Source: Eledone cirrhosa
Lineage: Eukaryota
Assembly: GCA_964016885.1 (NCBI GenBank)
Contig: OZ024740.1
Span: 81,096,001 to 81,160,000 of the forward strand
Direction of reading: 5' to 3'
DNA: 64,000 bases
The position numbers and the translations under genes are program-made. The first letter of the stretch is position 1. Each line of letters opens with the position of its first letter. The notes under the pieces were generated by a model, which did not search any database, was not told the DNA's origin, and worked only from the letters and a program-made list of their open reading frames with translations. Shown in pieces: positions 12,859 to 26,263 of this stretch.

Positions 12859-12903
12859 GCTTACAATGTTTCTTCCTTACGTAACCGTAGGATTCGTCAG
12901 AGC
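12859..12903 (-). ncRNA. Type I minimal hammerhead ribozyme
   Basis: gct-CTGACGA-atcctacg gtta cgtaaggaa-GAAA-c att g-TA-agc. Confidence 0.7.
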
Positions 12904-15900
12904 TAAACACCATTCGTCATGCCAAACACCACATATAGAGAAGACTTCTACAGAAAAAATATACATACATATACACATATATACACACATCATACACACA
13001 CACATACACATACACATACACACACATACACATACATATATACACATACATATCACATATACACATACACACAATATAGTACACATGCATACAATATACA
13101 TATATATATATATATATATACAATATACATGTATACAATGCACGCACATATGCATGCATGCGTGCACGCACGTACGCACACACACATACATATGTTTGTG
13201 TGTGTGTGTGTGTGTGAGAGAGAGAAAAAAAAGAAGGATTCGAAGCAATTAAAATGGCAGTTAACCACCAGCAACCGACTACACTGGAAAATGAGCAACA
13301 TAATAGCACCAATGAGCCATCTAATGATATAGGGGCACCTAGTGATAATGCTAGTAACCAAAGTTCGGGAGGTACGCTAACTAATCGAACCCGCAGTCGC
13401 AATTGTAGGCGGAGTAGTAATTGTCCTCTAAGGGGGATTGCCTCATGAAAAACATCGTATATGCATGTGACGTAACCACAAACAACTCTACTAAAACATA
13501 TATAGGAGCAACGTCCAATACATTTAAAACTAGATTTCACGCGCATATGTACACACTTAGACACGATAGACATAAAAATGCCACCTCACTGGCGGTATAC
13601 ATCTCCTTTTTAAAAAATAATAGTACCCCATACAAACTTTTTTGTAGGAAGCTTACTAGATCCACGCCATACCGACCGCAGAGCGGGAGTTGTGACCTGT
13701 GTTTACTGGAATGCCATGGCATAATACACTCTAAACTGAACCTGCTTAACAGGAATTCGGAAATTTTCTCCTCTTGCCAACACAAAATCCTGAGTTCCTT
13801 CTTCTATTTTAAACCTAGCACATAGACGTAACATATATTACGCAACCCCCACCTCGACATACCCCTCCTTGACTAAGCTTCCCCCCTCCCGCCAACCCGT
13901 AACCCAGATAGATAGGTAGCCTAAGGGTGGAACAATCCCCTACAAGGTTGGTGTTTTTGTGTGTGTTTGTGTATGTGTGTGTATGTGTGTGTGTGTGCGT
14001 GTGTATTCTACTTTTCTCTCTCACACACACACACACAAACATATGTATGTGTGTGTGCGTACGTGTGTGCACGCATGCATGCATATGTGCGTGCATTGTA
14101 TACATGTATATTGTATATATATATATATATATATGTATATTGTATGCATGTGTACTATATTGTGTGTATGTGTATATGTGATATGTATGTGTATATATGT
14201 ATGTATGTGTATGTGTGTGTATGTGTATGTGTGTGTGTATGATGTGTGTATATATGTGTATATGTATGTATATTTTTTCTGTAGAAGTCTTCTCTATATG
14301 TGGTGTTTGGCATGAATTCCTCCTATAATACTCTTCTTTGAGAGGAGCACGATATGTAGAGTAACACATATGTATTGTCGAAGTTGAAACTGAGAACCAC
14401 CACCCCTCCTGCTGACCCAAATGTTTACTGAGGACCAGAACACCATTCTCCGCAATATAAGAGAGGAATGCGCTTGCCGGACTATTGATGACCATAACAT
14501 CACATTCCAAGGTAATGGCAAAACACAGTGAATGCTAAACACAACCAAAACACCACAACATGCACATTGGAGCAACAGAGATATAATATCAATAAGCGAA
14601 TCAATTGAATTTTTTGAGTTGAAATACATATAAATATGTGTCTGTGTGTATCGGACACATGTACACATAAAGAAACTGCTGACCTAAATGTACCTGTCAT
14701 GCCTGTCTGAATTCCTAAGAGAATTTTCGGTCAGTTACTATCTTGACCGCTTACCCTCACAATTACTACGTAGCGGTTCTTGCACGTGACTGCTGGACCC
14801 GGATGAAACGAAGACGAAGAATTTCCTTGCGTACCGTTTTGTACCACAGATGCGATCTCACTCTGCCTCGTTAATGTTCAATCGACACCAAAGTTCTACG
14901 TTCTGGGCAATAGAATTGAATCCAACCACCGACAACATAATTGGATGACCGATAATCACACCAAACCGTTGTACTGTGATCCCTGTGATTTCGAGATATA
15001 CAACCTCTGACACTGTTACGAAGACCATAAAACCATACTCCATAATAGTGAACCAAGTGATTGATTTGTGCGACCAAAATAACACCACACACATATTGAA
15101 CTAGGAATATTGGATCTTCCGTCAATGTCTGGGTGAGCAAAAATAGATTTCTATCTGCATTGGAATTTACGAACTTGTGCATCTGCTGTGGTGTCAAAAA
15201 CAAACGCACATGCGGACACAGATAAACAATGGACCATGCTACGTGGCTTGAACCTGTAAGTGAATTTAAGGTTCTGTAACTCTGATATACAGATTATTTA
15301 TTATTAAAATGTATAAACTTGACAAAGCTATTATCATCTTATATTCTCTCAACTAATCACATTTGATGATATTTCTCTATCCCGTTTTCTCCCCCCATAA
15401 TTATAATATTTTTATTTGAAAAAATCGGGGTTTTTTTTACATTGTGTATACTTCAAATACTTGATTTTATTTCTTTATATATTCTCTATATATTTTTTAA
15501 TATATATATTTTTTATCTTTATTCTTATTTTCACTTTTATCCTCCTTTATATTTTACCTTATTCTTACTTTTATACCTTATTATAGTGTAATCTTCCCCA
15601 TGCTTATTATACATTATTAATTATAGATTATTATTATTATTATTACTCTTTTTCCATTTCTAATTACCCCATGTACTTTCTCCTCCGCTATATATATATA
15701 TATATTGTATGCCCTTTGTGTGTGTGTAGCCTCTGCACATCCTCTGCACCCTACTATCGATGCCACCCCATCTATGGTTCAGCTAACCACTCGACTCCCG
15801 GGAATGAATATGACCGCAGCTAGTAAACAAGGACCCACACCCCACCCTCCCACACCAAAATTAGACTTATTGTCCCCTGCTTTTGCTCTTTACTCTCTTT

Positions 15901-15954
15901 GTACTTGAATGTTTGGTTGGTAGAGTCCATAACACCAATCAAACCCCTTTAATA

Positions 15955-15999
15955 GCTCTGACGAATTCTACGGTTACGTAAGGAAGAAACATTGTAAGC
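15955..15999 (+). ncRNA. Type I minimal hammerhead ribozyme
   Basis: gct-CTGACGA-attctacg gtta cgtaaggaa-GAAA-c att g-TA-agc, downstream of the Naiad ORF. Confidence 0.7.
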
Positions 16000-16153
16000 C
16001 AATAAAAATCTTTTGATGTTGTAGACGCTCTTGTGTTCTTTATCATATATACGGCTCTGCTCCAAAGCATAGAGCTAATTATTATGCTGCCAATACCTTA
16101 ATGGGACACGGGTATACAATACCTAACTCCTATTAACCTAAGTATTATATATA

Positions 16154-16192
<39 letters not shown>

Positions 16193-16408
16193 CTATTTAT
16201 AGTTATGTATATAGTATAAACAACTATAAACAGGAAGGTCAGTAATTTCATACTACCTTATTACCAGTAATACATATATATGTATATATATATACATGTA
16301 TATATATAGAGAGAAAGAGTGTGTGTGTGTATGTGATATGCATTCACGTACGCACATCCCACACTTACACAGGCACGAAAAAAACGCATACACACATTTA
16401 TATATATA

Positions 16409-17322
16409 CAAGCAGAATAGCCAGGCGTTGCTCGGGCTTCTAAACATAGATTGGCATGTTTATCCCTCCTTTCTGAAACAGTACAGAGAAGTACGGAATA
16501 CCTCGGCCTGGGGATGGTATCTGCATTTTGTGCTTAGGCAAATAATTTTTCATTAAGATTTTTCAAACGCATGTAATTGCGTTCTCTCTCTTTTTTGTTG
16601 TTTTTTCTTTTTTGTTGCTGTCGGTGTGATAGCAGCCGTTGGTCGCACTACAAACACAGTCTCGTCCTTCTTCAGCCAATCGTGTATATCCCCTTCTTCC
16701 TCGTCTACCTAAACAATGATTGTAGCACCTCCTTATAGACAATGTTTCTTGTTCTTCCGTGTCGGGCATATGCAAAGAGATTTGTCTTGCTTCCCACTCT
16801 TGAGCAGCCAACGTATAGTTGCCCGTGTGAAAAACATGACTCTTCCAAAAGAAGACCAGCAACAGCTCGGGTCTAACCCTGGGATTTGTTGATAGACATT
16901 GCAAAGCTGACACGGTTCAGCGAATGGTTCGTTGGTTGCCTGTTTCAAGTGCTCTTCTGGTGGAAGTACGTTCAGTATCTTGCGACCGTCGAATAGCATA
17001 TTCCACTGACGATTCGTTTGCCCGCGTTTGTTCTTTTTCTTGCCGCGTTCGCAGTATTTCGGCCAATGGAGTATCTCTTCTTTCAGGACGAAATACACTA
17101 AGACTAACTGGTAGAGTAAGGAGTAAACTCGTCAGTGATGCATGTGATTTCCGAACTGTTGACTATGTAATTCTGGCTTTGTGGCAAAAGTAGTGGGACT
17201 TCTTGGGTTGCTCATCGGCAGTAACAATGACGATAAGCCGTCTGTGCTTTCGTGAAATAAATAAGTTTGTTTATATTTTGTTTTTGTGTATGCAAAAATA
17301 TCTGTACACGAATATATAATTA
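16409..17322 (-). mobile_element. Internally deleted Helitron (RepHel N-terminus joined to the PIF1-helicase C-terminus)
   Basis: A minus frame absent from the ORF track reads RVSFAMSINKSQG*T..CFSHGQLYVGCSRVG..RTRNIVYKEVL (about 16715-16915). Upstream: KKRYSIGRNTANAARKR / RANE..RRALET. 3' hairpin gcccgagcaacgcctggc + CTTG. Confidence 0.85.
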
Positions 17323-17324
17323 TA

Positions 17325-17615
17325 TAAGTAAATATCTTTAAGTCGATTGGTAGCCTCGACAATGCAAATGGGTAAATCTCCGGGTAACAAGATCCGGTGG
17401 TGGAGAGAGAGATATAAGTGGGTGTACGTTGAGATGCGTGGTGTGTATAAGATGTGTAAATGTGCAGAAGAAAGAAGTGAAGAGTATAAAGGATAAAATA
17501 AAAATAACAACACAAGAGAGAGTTACTTTGGGAGAGATTTAATAGTCCCTATTACGACTTAAAGATATTTACTTATTATTCCACAATGCTTCAAGCAAAC
17601 TTCAATACTCTCTTA
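17325..17615. mobile_element. pLTR fragment of the 8224-9841 PLE family with a 5' inversion
   Basis: 17325-17552 is the reverse complement of about 9576-9803. 17554-17612 is a forward copy of 9781-9840. Flanked by tatataattatata on both sides. Confidence 0.75.
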
Positions 17616-17617
17616 TA

Positions 17618-17678
<61 letters not shown>

Positions 17679-17724
17679 ATGAAAGCAGCAATTCTTTGCT
17701 TAAACTTTAATCTGTTATTTTAAT

Positions 17725-18049
17725 ATATATATATATATTAAAATAGCAGATTAAAGTTTAAGCAAAGAATAGCTGCTTTCATCCTTCACAGGATCTCCTG
17801 AAACTAAAAAAATCAATCTGTGAACGCAGAAATAAATATTTCGAGAAACGTTGCAGCCGAAGGAAAACAGGAAGACGATACTTTGGTTCGTGAAGACGTT
17901 CCCTGGCAATGAACGGAACATACCGAAGATAATACGTCAGCAATGAGAACAATATTTGTGATAATGTCGTAATGCAAGACAGTCAGAGATACATACAGAT
18001 ATCATAAGGGTGCGACGTTATAGCTATGTATCTATCTAAAAAGACATAC

Positions 18050-18146
<97 letters not shown>

Positions 18147-18336
18147 CGGCGCCTAACACCCCTTTAACAACAGAAAATTGAAAAATAAGAGCTGCAGTTA
18201 ATATCTTTAGACCGCAAGGAATATATAAATGCAAGTTTGATATCAATCTGAGTAGAAATGTGGATTTGTATAGGCGTTGCAAAAATTAGAACACACACAC
18301 ACACATAGACAATTTCAGTCTTATATATATGTAGAG
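17725..18336 (-). mobile_element. Non-autonomous Helitron-like element (5' TC end) containing (GA)n
   Basis: Starts TCTACATATATATAAGACTG..; homologous to 5985-6280 and 31155-31305. (GA)n at 18052-18143. Confidence 0.6.
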
Positions 18337-19410
18337 ATTAAATGTCTTGAATTTTGATTTGCAAAACGTAGATTCTTAATCGCCATTCAGACATAATCCA
18401 TTGTGTTACCTACAAAAAACTCAGTAATTAATCTTATAATCCAAGAGTTAAAATATGAATTGAATTTAGTCCCTTGACGCATTTAACCCCCAAGATATTT
18501 CTATTCAATATTTATTTCCTCTATTTAAATGTCAGAGGAATCTACACTAGCTTGGTTTTTTAAATAGCAAATATTTGTTTCATATTTACAAAATGTTTAC
18601 TAATAAGGTGGAAAATTCTCATAGTCGTTAGAGAATAGAATTAAATGTATAATTTGTTCCAGCTGTCTGCACTCTGAATTCAAATTCCGTTGTGGCCTAA
18701 TTGGGCGGTAAGCCTATTTTGTTCTCTAGCTCAGCATCGTAATCTTTATTTTGATGCAGAGGTTATTGTTTTGCTAGTATTTGGGTCAAGGCATGGGTTA
18801 GGGGAAGGTTTTCCGCACGAATTCCCACCAGTCTCGAAGTCTATTGACGAATCGATCGTCAAAATGTACATAATTGTCGACTCGATTTAACACAATTCAA
18901 TTAAATGTCTATGGAATCCACAAAATTGATATGAATAAGAAAGAAAAGATATATTGAGAAATTACTATAAAACAATTCTTCTAACATTAGCAAAAGGCAA
19001 GCAATTAGGCAGAAGATTTTTCATATCACCGACTCCGGAAGAACGACATTCAAAGTTGACTTCGATAGAATTTGAACTCAGAATGTAGTAAGTCTTAACA
19101 AAATATCACGAAGGATGTTGTCCGACACTCTACCAATACATCAGCCTCAAATACTATTAACAATAAAGATGAAAATGCGACAACTATCAAATGCATATAA
19201 AATACGATACATGAAAAGGGTAAAGAAAACTGTTAGTATAAATGTTCATACAAAATGCTAATTGATATAAAAAATTACTAGACAGTATAGTCCTAATGTT
19301 TGACTACATAATCTAGCGTTTCATATTATAGAATGAAATATAAAATCATCAATGAATATAATACCATTATAGCTAATGTGTTTCCCCCTCTCCCATCTCA
19401 TAAATAACTA

Positions 19411-20455
19411 TCTATATATATAAAATTGAGGATGTCTGTCTGTGTGTGTGTGTGAGTTTGAATCCCTAAAGCTAGAGAAGTACCCCGAAACAATTTCAAA
19501 TTTCCAATGCCCTAGGGACCGCATTAGCCGATTTAACGATCTCTCTCTATAATTCTTATTCTGTCTCTTTTTAGATAGATATATACATATACCTGTTTCT
19601 ACTTTAGGCACAAGGCCAGCAATTACCCAGTGCATTACTGGTACTTTATTTTATCGACCACGTAAGGATGAAAGGCAAAGTCAACCTCCGTGGGATTTGA
19701 ACTCAGATCGTAAAGGGACGTAACTATGCTGGAAAGCATGGCGTCCGACCCTCTACCGATACTGCCAATCCACCATATATCGCCCCGCCCTTATAATATC
19801 TGTCTGTATGTTTGGCTGTCTGCATTACATCACTTCTCTGAGGATGTCTGTCTGTGTGTGTGTCTGTGAGTTTGAGTCCCTAAAACTCGAGAAGTACCCA
19901 ACAGATTCTTTTCAAACTTTACATGTATATTACTTATGTTTCACGGAGTGATTTGCACATAAAAAATTCAATTTCTTTTTTATCTCCTAGGTGAAAAACT
20001 GCGTTTTTTCAGGTTTTAGGGGTTATTTGAGGCGTTACGTCAGACCGATTTCCTTGAAATTGTAACTATGTATTAGTCAGTCTCTTCTTCATACCATGAG
20101 CTAAGAAAATCCAACTTTTTTATGGCCTAGGGCCCGCATTAGGTGAAAAACTTCATCCTTTTAGCTTTTTAGGGCTTTTTGGAAGCGTTACTTCTACCCC
20201 CTTTTCCCGAAATTTTAAGGCATATTATGCACATAAAAAAAATTCATTTTCTTGATCCCCTAGGGCCCGCATTAGGTGAAAACCTGCATTTTTCCTGCTT
20301 TATCGAGGAAAATCTTAACGATTAACCTGCCATCAGAGTATTCGGTTTATTTTCTTTACATATTGTCCAGGCGTGCAGTTTTTTCACGATTAGATCTGTT
20401 GGCGGCCCGCCTTCCAAAATACCTTATCCCGTGCAACACCGGGTACCACTGCTAG
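19411..20455 (+). mobile_element. Non-autonomous Helitron with a nested SINE
   Basis: 5' a|TCTATATATATAAAA; 3' hairpin cccgtgcaacaccggg then CTAG|t (A|T target, no TSD). Confidence 0.8.
19594..19774 (-). mobile_element. tRNA-derived SINE with Meta-like domain
   Basis: Reverse complement shows A box TGGCAGTATCGG, B box GAGTTCAAATCC, then gcctttcatccttac..gtcgataaaataaagtacc. Multicopy in the window. Confidence 0.9.
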
Positions 20456-20834
20456 TATAATATAATATGATAGAAAAGATGAGGAATTCCACAAATATTG
20501 TAAAATTGATATTGACAAAAAATATTTTTCTATTATTTTAAATGTTATATTTCTACGTGAGTGGAATTATATAATATGGAGCCCAGATTGTACAGAATTG
20601 TAAGCAAAAGTCGGAAGGATGTATACAAAGAGACAACAAAACAACAGACTTACAGAGAAGACAGAGAGAGAGACTTTTGAGTATTTAAACAAATAAACAT
20701 AAACAAAACCTTACGCCTGGAAACATGCCAGGACACAGTGCTGGCTAGATTAACAAATTGTAGCGCGCTGGAGCAGGAAATAAATATATATATATACGCA
20801 TGCGCTCACAGGCATGCACGCGCGCACACACATA

Positions 20835-20928
<94 letters not shown>

Positions 20929-20939
20929 CATATATATGG

Positions 20940-21940
20940 GATGGGATAACAAGTAATCGTTTTAGGTAATCCAGTTAAAGGTTGTGGGGAGTCTGTACTA
21001 TGGGTAGTTTTAACGTACGGCGTTTATGACTCAACAAGAGCTTTCCTTAGTTAGGTAGTTAGTTTGTGAGAATTCCCATGTAGATTATGCTTGGAGTAAT
21101 AATAGTAAAAGAGTGAAGAATAACATGCTCGGCTGTACAAAAAAGGTTTTATTTACCGTATTAACAATTGTTTGATTGATCAGGTGAGTCTAAAGGCTGC
21201 TGGTCACTCGAAATTGCCTCACTTGACCTTAAATAGTGTGTGTCTCTGGTCAAATCATCGGAATACTGGAGTGTGTAATACATGGCACTGGTATTTATAG
21301 ATTCATCGGAGAATCAAGTGAATGAAAACAATGGCACCAATAATAAAAGACAATAAAAAAAGGCATAAAAAAATAAAAATGATAAAAAAGTAAAAAATAC
21401 GGTTACTGATAATGGTAGTAGTGGTGGCGGTAGTTGAAGTTATAACGGTGGGTAAATGGATGTGTAAAATAGTGATGACAGTAATGATAACAATAACATG
21501 AAAAGAAATACGATATACGATAGGCCAAATGATGTTGACTGGACGCCGTGCTGATATATTGTATTGAGTTCATGAATTGGCGAAATAAAAATGCAAAAAA
21601 GTACAAAAAAAATTAGACGATTATAATAAAAATAAAAAAGTAAGAGAGAAGAGATGAAGAACAAGAGATAGAGAATAAAGAGTAAGGATTCGAGGTTGAG
21701 ACGTAAAAGATAGGACTAAGGATCGGGGAGCAGTAAATAGATAAATAGAGTATAAAAAGTGAAAGGAACATGATGATATATGGGTGATTAAGGTCTGGTA
21801 GATTGATTGTTTTATCTTAATGGAGGTGATGCAACTATAGAGAGAAAGTGAAAGAATGGTTGGGGGATTCATGATGTTGGTTTAATGACCAGTTGGTCAG
21901 TTGACAGCTAATAACAGTGGAGTGGTGTGAAGTCAGGTCA
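20940..21940 (-). mobile_element. Old PLE-type 3' region/pLTR with a degenerate hammerhead
   Basis: 21158-21266(-): gtatt-CCGATGA-...-CAAA-caattg-TT-aatac. 21350-21558 has an inverted copy at 26328-26537. Confidence 0.45.
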
Positions 21941-21944
21941 CGAG

Positions 21945-24900
21945 TTGGTGCTACTGGTAACATGTATCCCAGTACAACCTGTCTCATGGTCGGGTCGTTG
22001 GCGACTAAACTGGCAACCCCACCAAGGTTTCTTGGTGAGGAGGGTGACTTTGGACATCCTGCAGGACTAAAAAACAAAACCTGTCAAAGGGAAAAGGAGC
22101 TCTTAAGAGTCAATGGCCATCCAAAATCACCGGGAGAGATGACCCCTTAGCCTTTGTCAAGGCAGAATTCTAGGAGAAGGAAAACTCTGATATAATAGCT
22201 GCAAACCTGAGGCAATGTATTCCAAAAGAGGCGGAAGAACCATTTGGTCAACGGCCCGAATGGAACTTCGGGAGCATTGGGACCCCGGTTTGGTTAACAA
22301 CCAAGCAAAGGCGTATGAACTGGTCTACTGGTCATCGTCCCCCAATGGGTGCGACTCCCTGATCTCGCTCCGCTGCTTTGTGGACAGACTTTTTAGTCAA
22401 AGGTTCCGGGTCGGGATCTCTAAGTAAACTCCCTACTTCAGCCTAGGCAACAGGGTAGTATTACGCCTTCTGGAGAGAGAAACACCGACATCAAACCTAC
22501 GGCCCGAGGACCTCGCTGTTATCGTCCCAGCTCCCTAGGCCATGGCAGATGAACCTCCTGCTTAAAGGGTGGGTCCAGTTTGCGCGCACTGCACTTCACC
22601 TTAAAACTCCTCAGCGCAGACCGAAAGATACGTCCACGTTCTATGACCAACCATTCCAAAACCCCTGCAGCGATGGGAAAGGGGTGAAAGCGGCAGGTGG
22701 AAGATGTCACTAGAAGCCGTTGTCTCGATCCTACGTGTAGGCGGCTCGGGACTTTGGTCGCCTGGTTGTCGACCCGGAGGCGACGACACCACTCGGCAGC
22801 ATCCTGAGCGACCAGGCAGCCCTATCTATGGAGAGCACTGCCTGCTCCACATGGAGAGGGGCGGTAGAAAAGGTTCGCCTAAACAAAGCTCGTCTCCTCT
22901 ATACCCAGTTGGCTAGCCGCGGTCAACGGGCATCTTCAGAGCGGTCGAACAAACATGAAAGCAAAACCAAAGAAAGCTCAACCATATATTCTCGCCTGTT
23001 TTCAAGTTTAAATGTATATAAATGTATATAAATAATAAAATTAAGCAGGACTTGAAAGTTGCCTGCTGGAATGTCAGGACCATGCTTGACAAGGCTGACA
23101 GCAGCCGCCCGGAACGTCGTTCGGTTCTCATAGCCCATGAACTCTCCCGCATCAACATCGACATAGCAGCTCTCAGCGAGGTCCGCTTCGCTGATGAAGG
23201 CAGCCTCAACGAACGGGGCGTGGCTACACCCTTTTCTGGTCCGGGAAACCATCATCTGGAAGACGCATGTCGGGTGTAGCACTCATGGTGAGGAATTCCA
23301 TCGCCTCCAATCTGGAAACGTTACCCACGGGCCACTTAGACCGCATCATATCCATACGCCTACCACTGGAGAGCAAACAACATCTCACGCTCTTCAGTGT
23401 CTATGCTCCAACACTACTGGCAGATCCTGCGGACAAAGACAGTTTCTATTCTGATCTGCGCAGACTCTTGAACAACACCCCTGCAAATGACAAGGTCATG
23501 ATCCTTGGCGACTTCAACGCAAGAGTTGGGAGGGACTCTGAGGCCTGGAAAGGAGTTCTTGGAAGACACGGCGATGGTGGCTGTAACGACAACGGGCGCC
23601 TCCTGCTCGAGTTCTGCACAGAGCACCAACTTGCCATTACCAACACAATCTTCCAACAGAAAGACCGCCTGAAAACAACTTGGATGCATCCTCGGTCCAA
23701 ACATTGGCATCTACTTGACTATGTGCTTGTGCGCCAACGCGACTTGAAAGACGTTCTACACACGAGAGTGATGCCCAGTGCAGAATGCCACACTGACCAT
23801 CGCCTCGTCCACTGCAAGCTCAAACTGCAGTTCAAACCCAAACCCAAGAAGAAAGGTAACCCCGTAAAGAAACTCAACGTCGGCAGCCTGTGCCGGGAGG
23901 AAGTGAAAGCCAAGTTCCAAGCAGACCTGCAGCAAAAACTAGACGAATTCCCTAGCACTGATGTCCCCACCCCAGACACCTTGTGGGGGAACCTGAAATC
24001 AGCCATCCTTAAGACATCTGAGGAAGTTCTTGAGCACACAATAAAGAAAAACAAGGACTGGTTTGATGAAAATGACAAGGAGATCCAGGAATTACTAGCA
24101 AAGAAGACGGAAGCTCATCAGGCCCACCTTGCACAGCCAACCTGTCTTGTAAAGAAAGATACCTTTAGACGCGCATGCAGCACCCTACAGCGCAACCCAG
24201 AGAAATACAGAACGAGTGGTGGGACCACCTGGCGTGGATAACCCAGGTGTGCGCTGATCTCGGAGACTATAGGGGCTTCTATGAGGCTCTGAAAGCAGTG
24301 TATGGCCCCACCCACCAGGTCCAGAGTCCCTTGAGCAGTTCAGATGGAGAGGATCTCCTCACCGATAACACCTCCATCCTCGCTCGTTGGTCCGAGCCAA
24401 AGCCACTTCAGTGCTGACCGCACCGTATAGGACGCTGCCATCCATCGCGTTCCTCAACTTCCACTCAAAGAGGAGCTCGACGAACCACCTACCATCGAAG
24501 AGACGACTGAAGCCATAGAACAACTCAAGAGTCGCAAAGCAGCAGGAGTTGGGTGCATCGCACCAGAAATCTTGAAGAATGGAAGTCCGACGCTCCACGA
24601 CAAGCTACATGATTTTCTTGTTTGCTGTTGGGAGCAGGGTAAGCTGCCACAGAATCTTCGCGACGTCGTGATCATAACACTGTACAAGAACAAGGGTAAA
24701 ACGTCTGACTGCTCCAACTACCGGGGAATCACCCTACTCTCCATCGCTGGCAAAATACTTGCCAGGATCCTGCTCAACAGGCTCGTAACAACCATCGCTG
24801 AAGAAAACCTCCCCGAGAGACAGTGTGGCTTCAGAGCCAACAGAGGCACGATGGACGTGGCGTTCGTCCTCCGCCAACTCCAGGAGAAGTGCCGAGAACG

Positions 24901-26263
24901 AAACAAGGGACTCTATGCTGCTTTTGTCGACCTCACAAACGCATTTGACACAGTGAGTAGGACAGGACTATGGCTCATCCTGGAACGACTTGGCTGTCCC
25001 ACCAAGTTTCTACAGATGGTGATCCAGCTGCACGAGAACCAGCGCGGCCAGATCAGACTCAACGGTGACCTGTCGGAGCCCTTCCCCATCTCCAACTCCG
25101 TGAGGCAGGGTTGTGTCCTGGCACCGACTCTCTTCAGCATCTTCTTCAGCATGATGCTCAAGCATGCAACTGAGGATCTGGATGATGGGGATGGGGTGTA
25201 TGTCAGGTACCGTATCGATGGCAGCCTCTTCAATCTGCAGTGCCTCCAAGCCCATACCAAGACGCAGGAGAGGCTGATCCGAGACCTTCTCTTCGCTGAC
25301 GACGCTGCCCTCGTCGCCCACACAAAGCGAGCTCTGCAGCATTCAGGTGCTGCTTTGCGGACGCCTCGCGGCTCTTTGGCCTGGAGGTTAGCCTCAAGAA
25401 GCCGGAGGTTCTTCACCAGCCTGCCCCCCCAAGAAGAATACCGCCCACCCTACATCACTATCTGCGATACCGAACTGAAGTCAACACAGCAGTTCACATA
25501 CCTGGGCTGCATCATCTCATCCGATGCAAGGATCGACAAAGAAATTGACAACAGACTCTCTAAGTCAAATAGCTCCTTTGGTAGATTGTAAAAACGTGTT
25601 TGGCACAACAAAAACCTGAATAACAAGACAAGACAAGACAAGGGCCGTGGTTCTCACCACTCTCCTCTACGGCTCGGACACCTGGGTCACCTACCGCAGT
25701 CACATCCGTTTCCTTGAGCGCTTCCATCAGCGATGTCTCCGCACCATCCTCAACATTCCCTGGAGTGAATTCGTCACAAACGTTGAAGTTCTGGAACAGG
25801 CCGAGATCCCCAGCATTGAAGCCATGCTACTGAAGTACCACCTCCTATGGGAAGGGCATGTCTCCAGAATGGAGAACCATCGCCTTCCTAAGATTGCCCT
25901 GTTTGGCGAACTCTCCACCGGCGACCGAGAGAGAGAGGAGCCCCGAAGAAACGCTACCAAGATTGCCCTAAAAAGTTTCTCTCCGCATGTCATGTTGACC
26001 ACCAATGCTGGTCAGACCTGGCTGCGGACTGTGATGCCTGGCGCCACATGATCTTCAACGCGGTCAGCTAGTTTGAGGAAGACACATGAGACGCAGAAGG
26101 AAGGCCCGAGCCGCCTCTGACACCACACCGGACGTTACCTTCACCTGTGGACACTGCTCACGGTCCTGCCTTTCCCGCATCGGACTTGTCAGTCATGAGC
26201 GTGCCTTCAGACAACACGGACAACCTTCCTAATATTCGTTCGCGAAGCCAAGCCATGATGATG
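21945..26263 (+). mobile_element. RTE-clade LINE, near full-length, frameshifted (APE + RT + C-terminal zinc finger)
   Basis: ACWNVRT, SEVRF, GDFNA, HLLDY..TDH (APE); NYRGITLL, QCGFR, FVDL..AFD, QGCVLAP, LFADD (RT); CGHC..SRIGLVSH. About 1 kb of 5' UTR; 3' end ttcgttcgcgaagccaagcc(atg)3. Confidence 0.95.

Noticed and set aside
19594-19774. A/B boxes suggesting tRNA genes (also 7047 and other copies)
   Set aside because: No cloverleaf; they are followed by SINE bodies, A/T-rich tails and TSDs.
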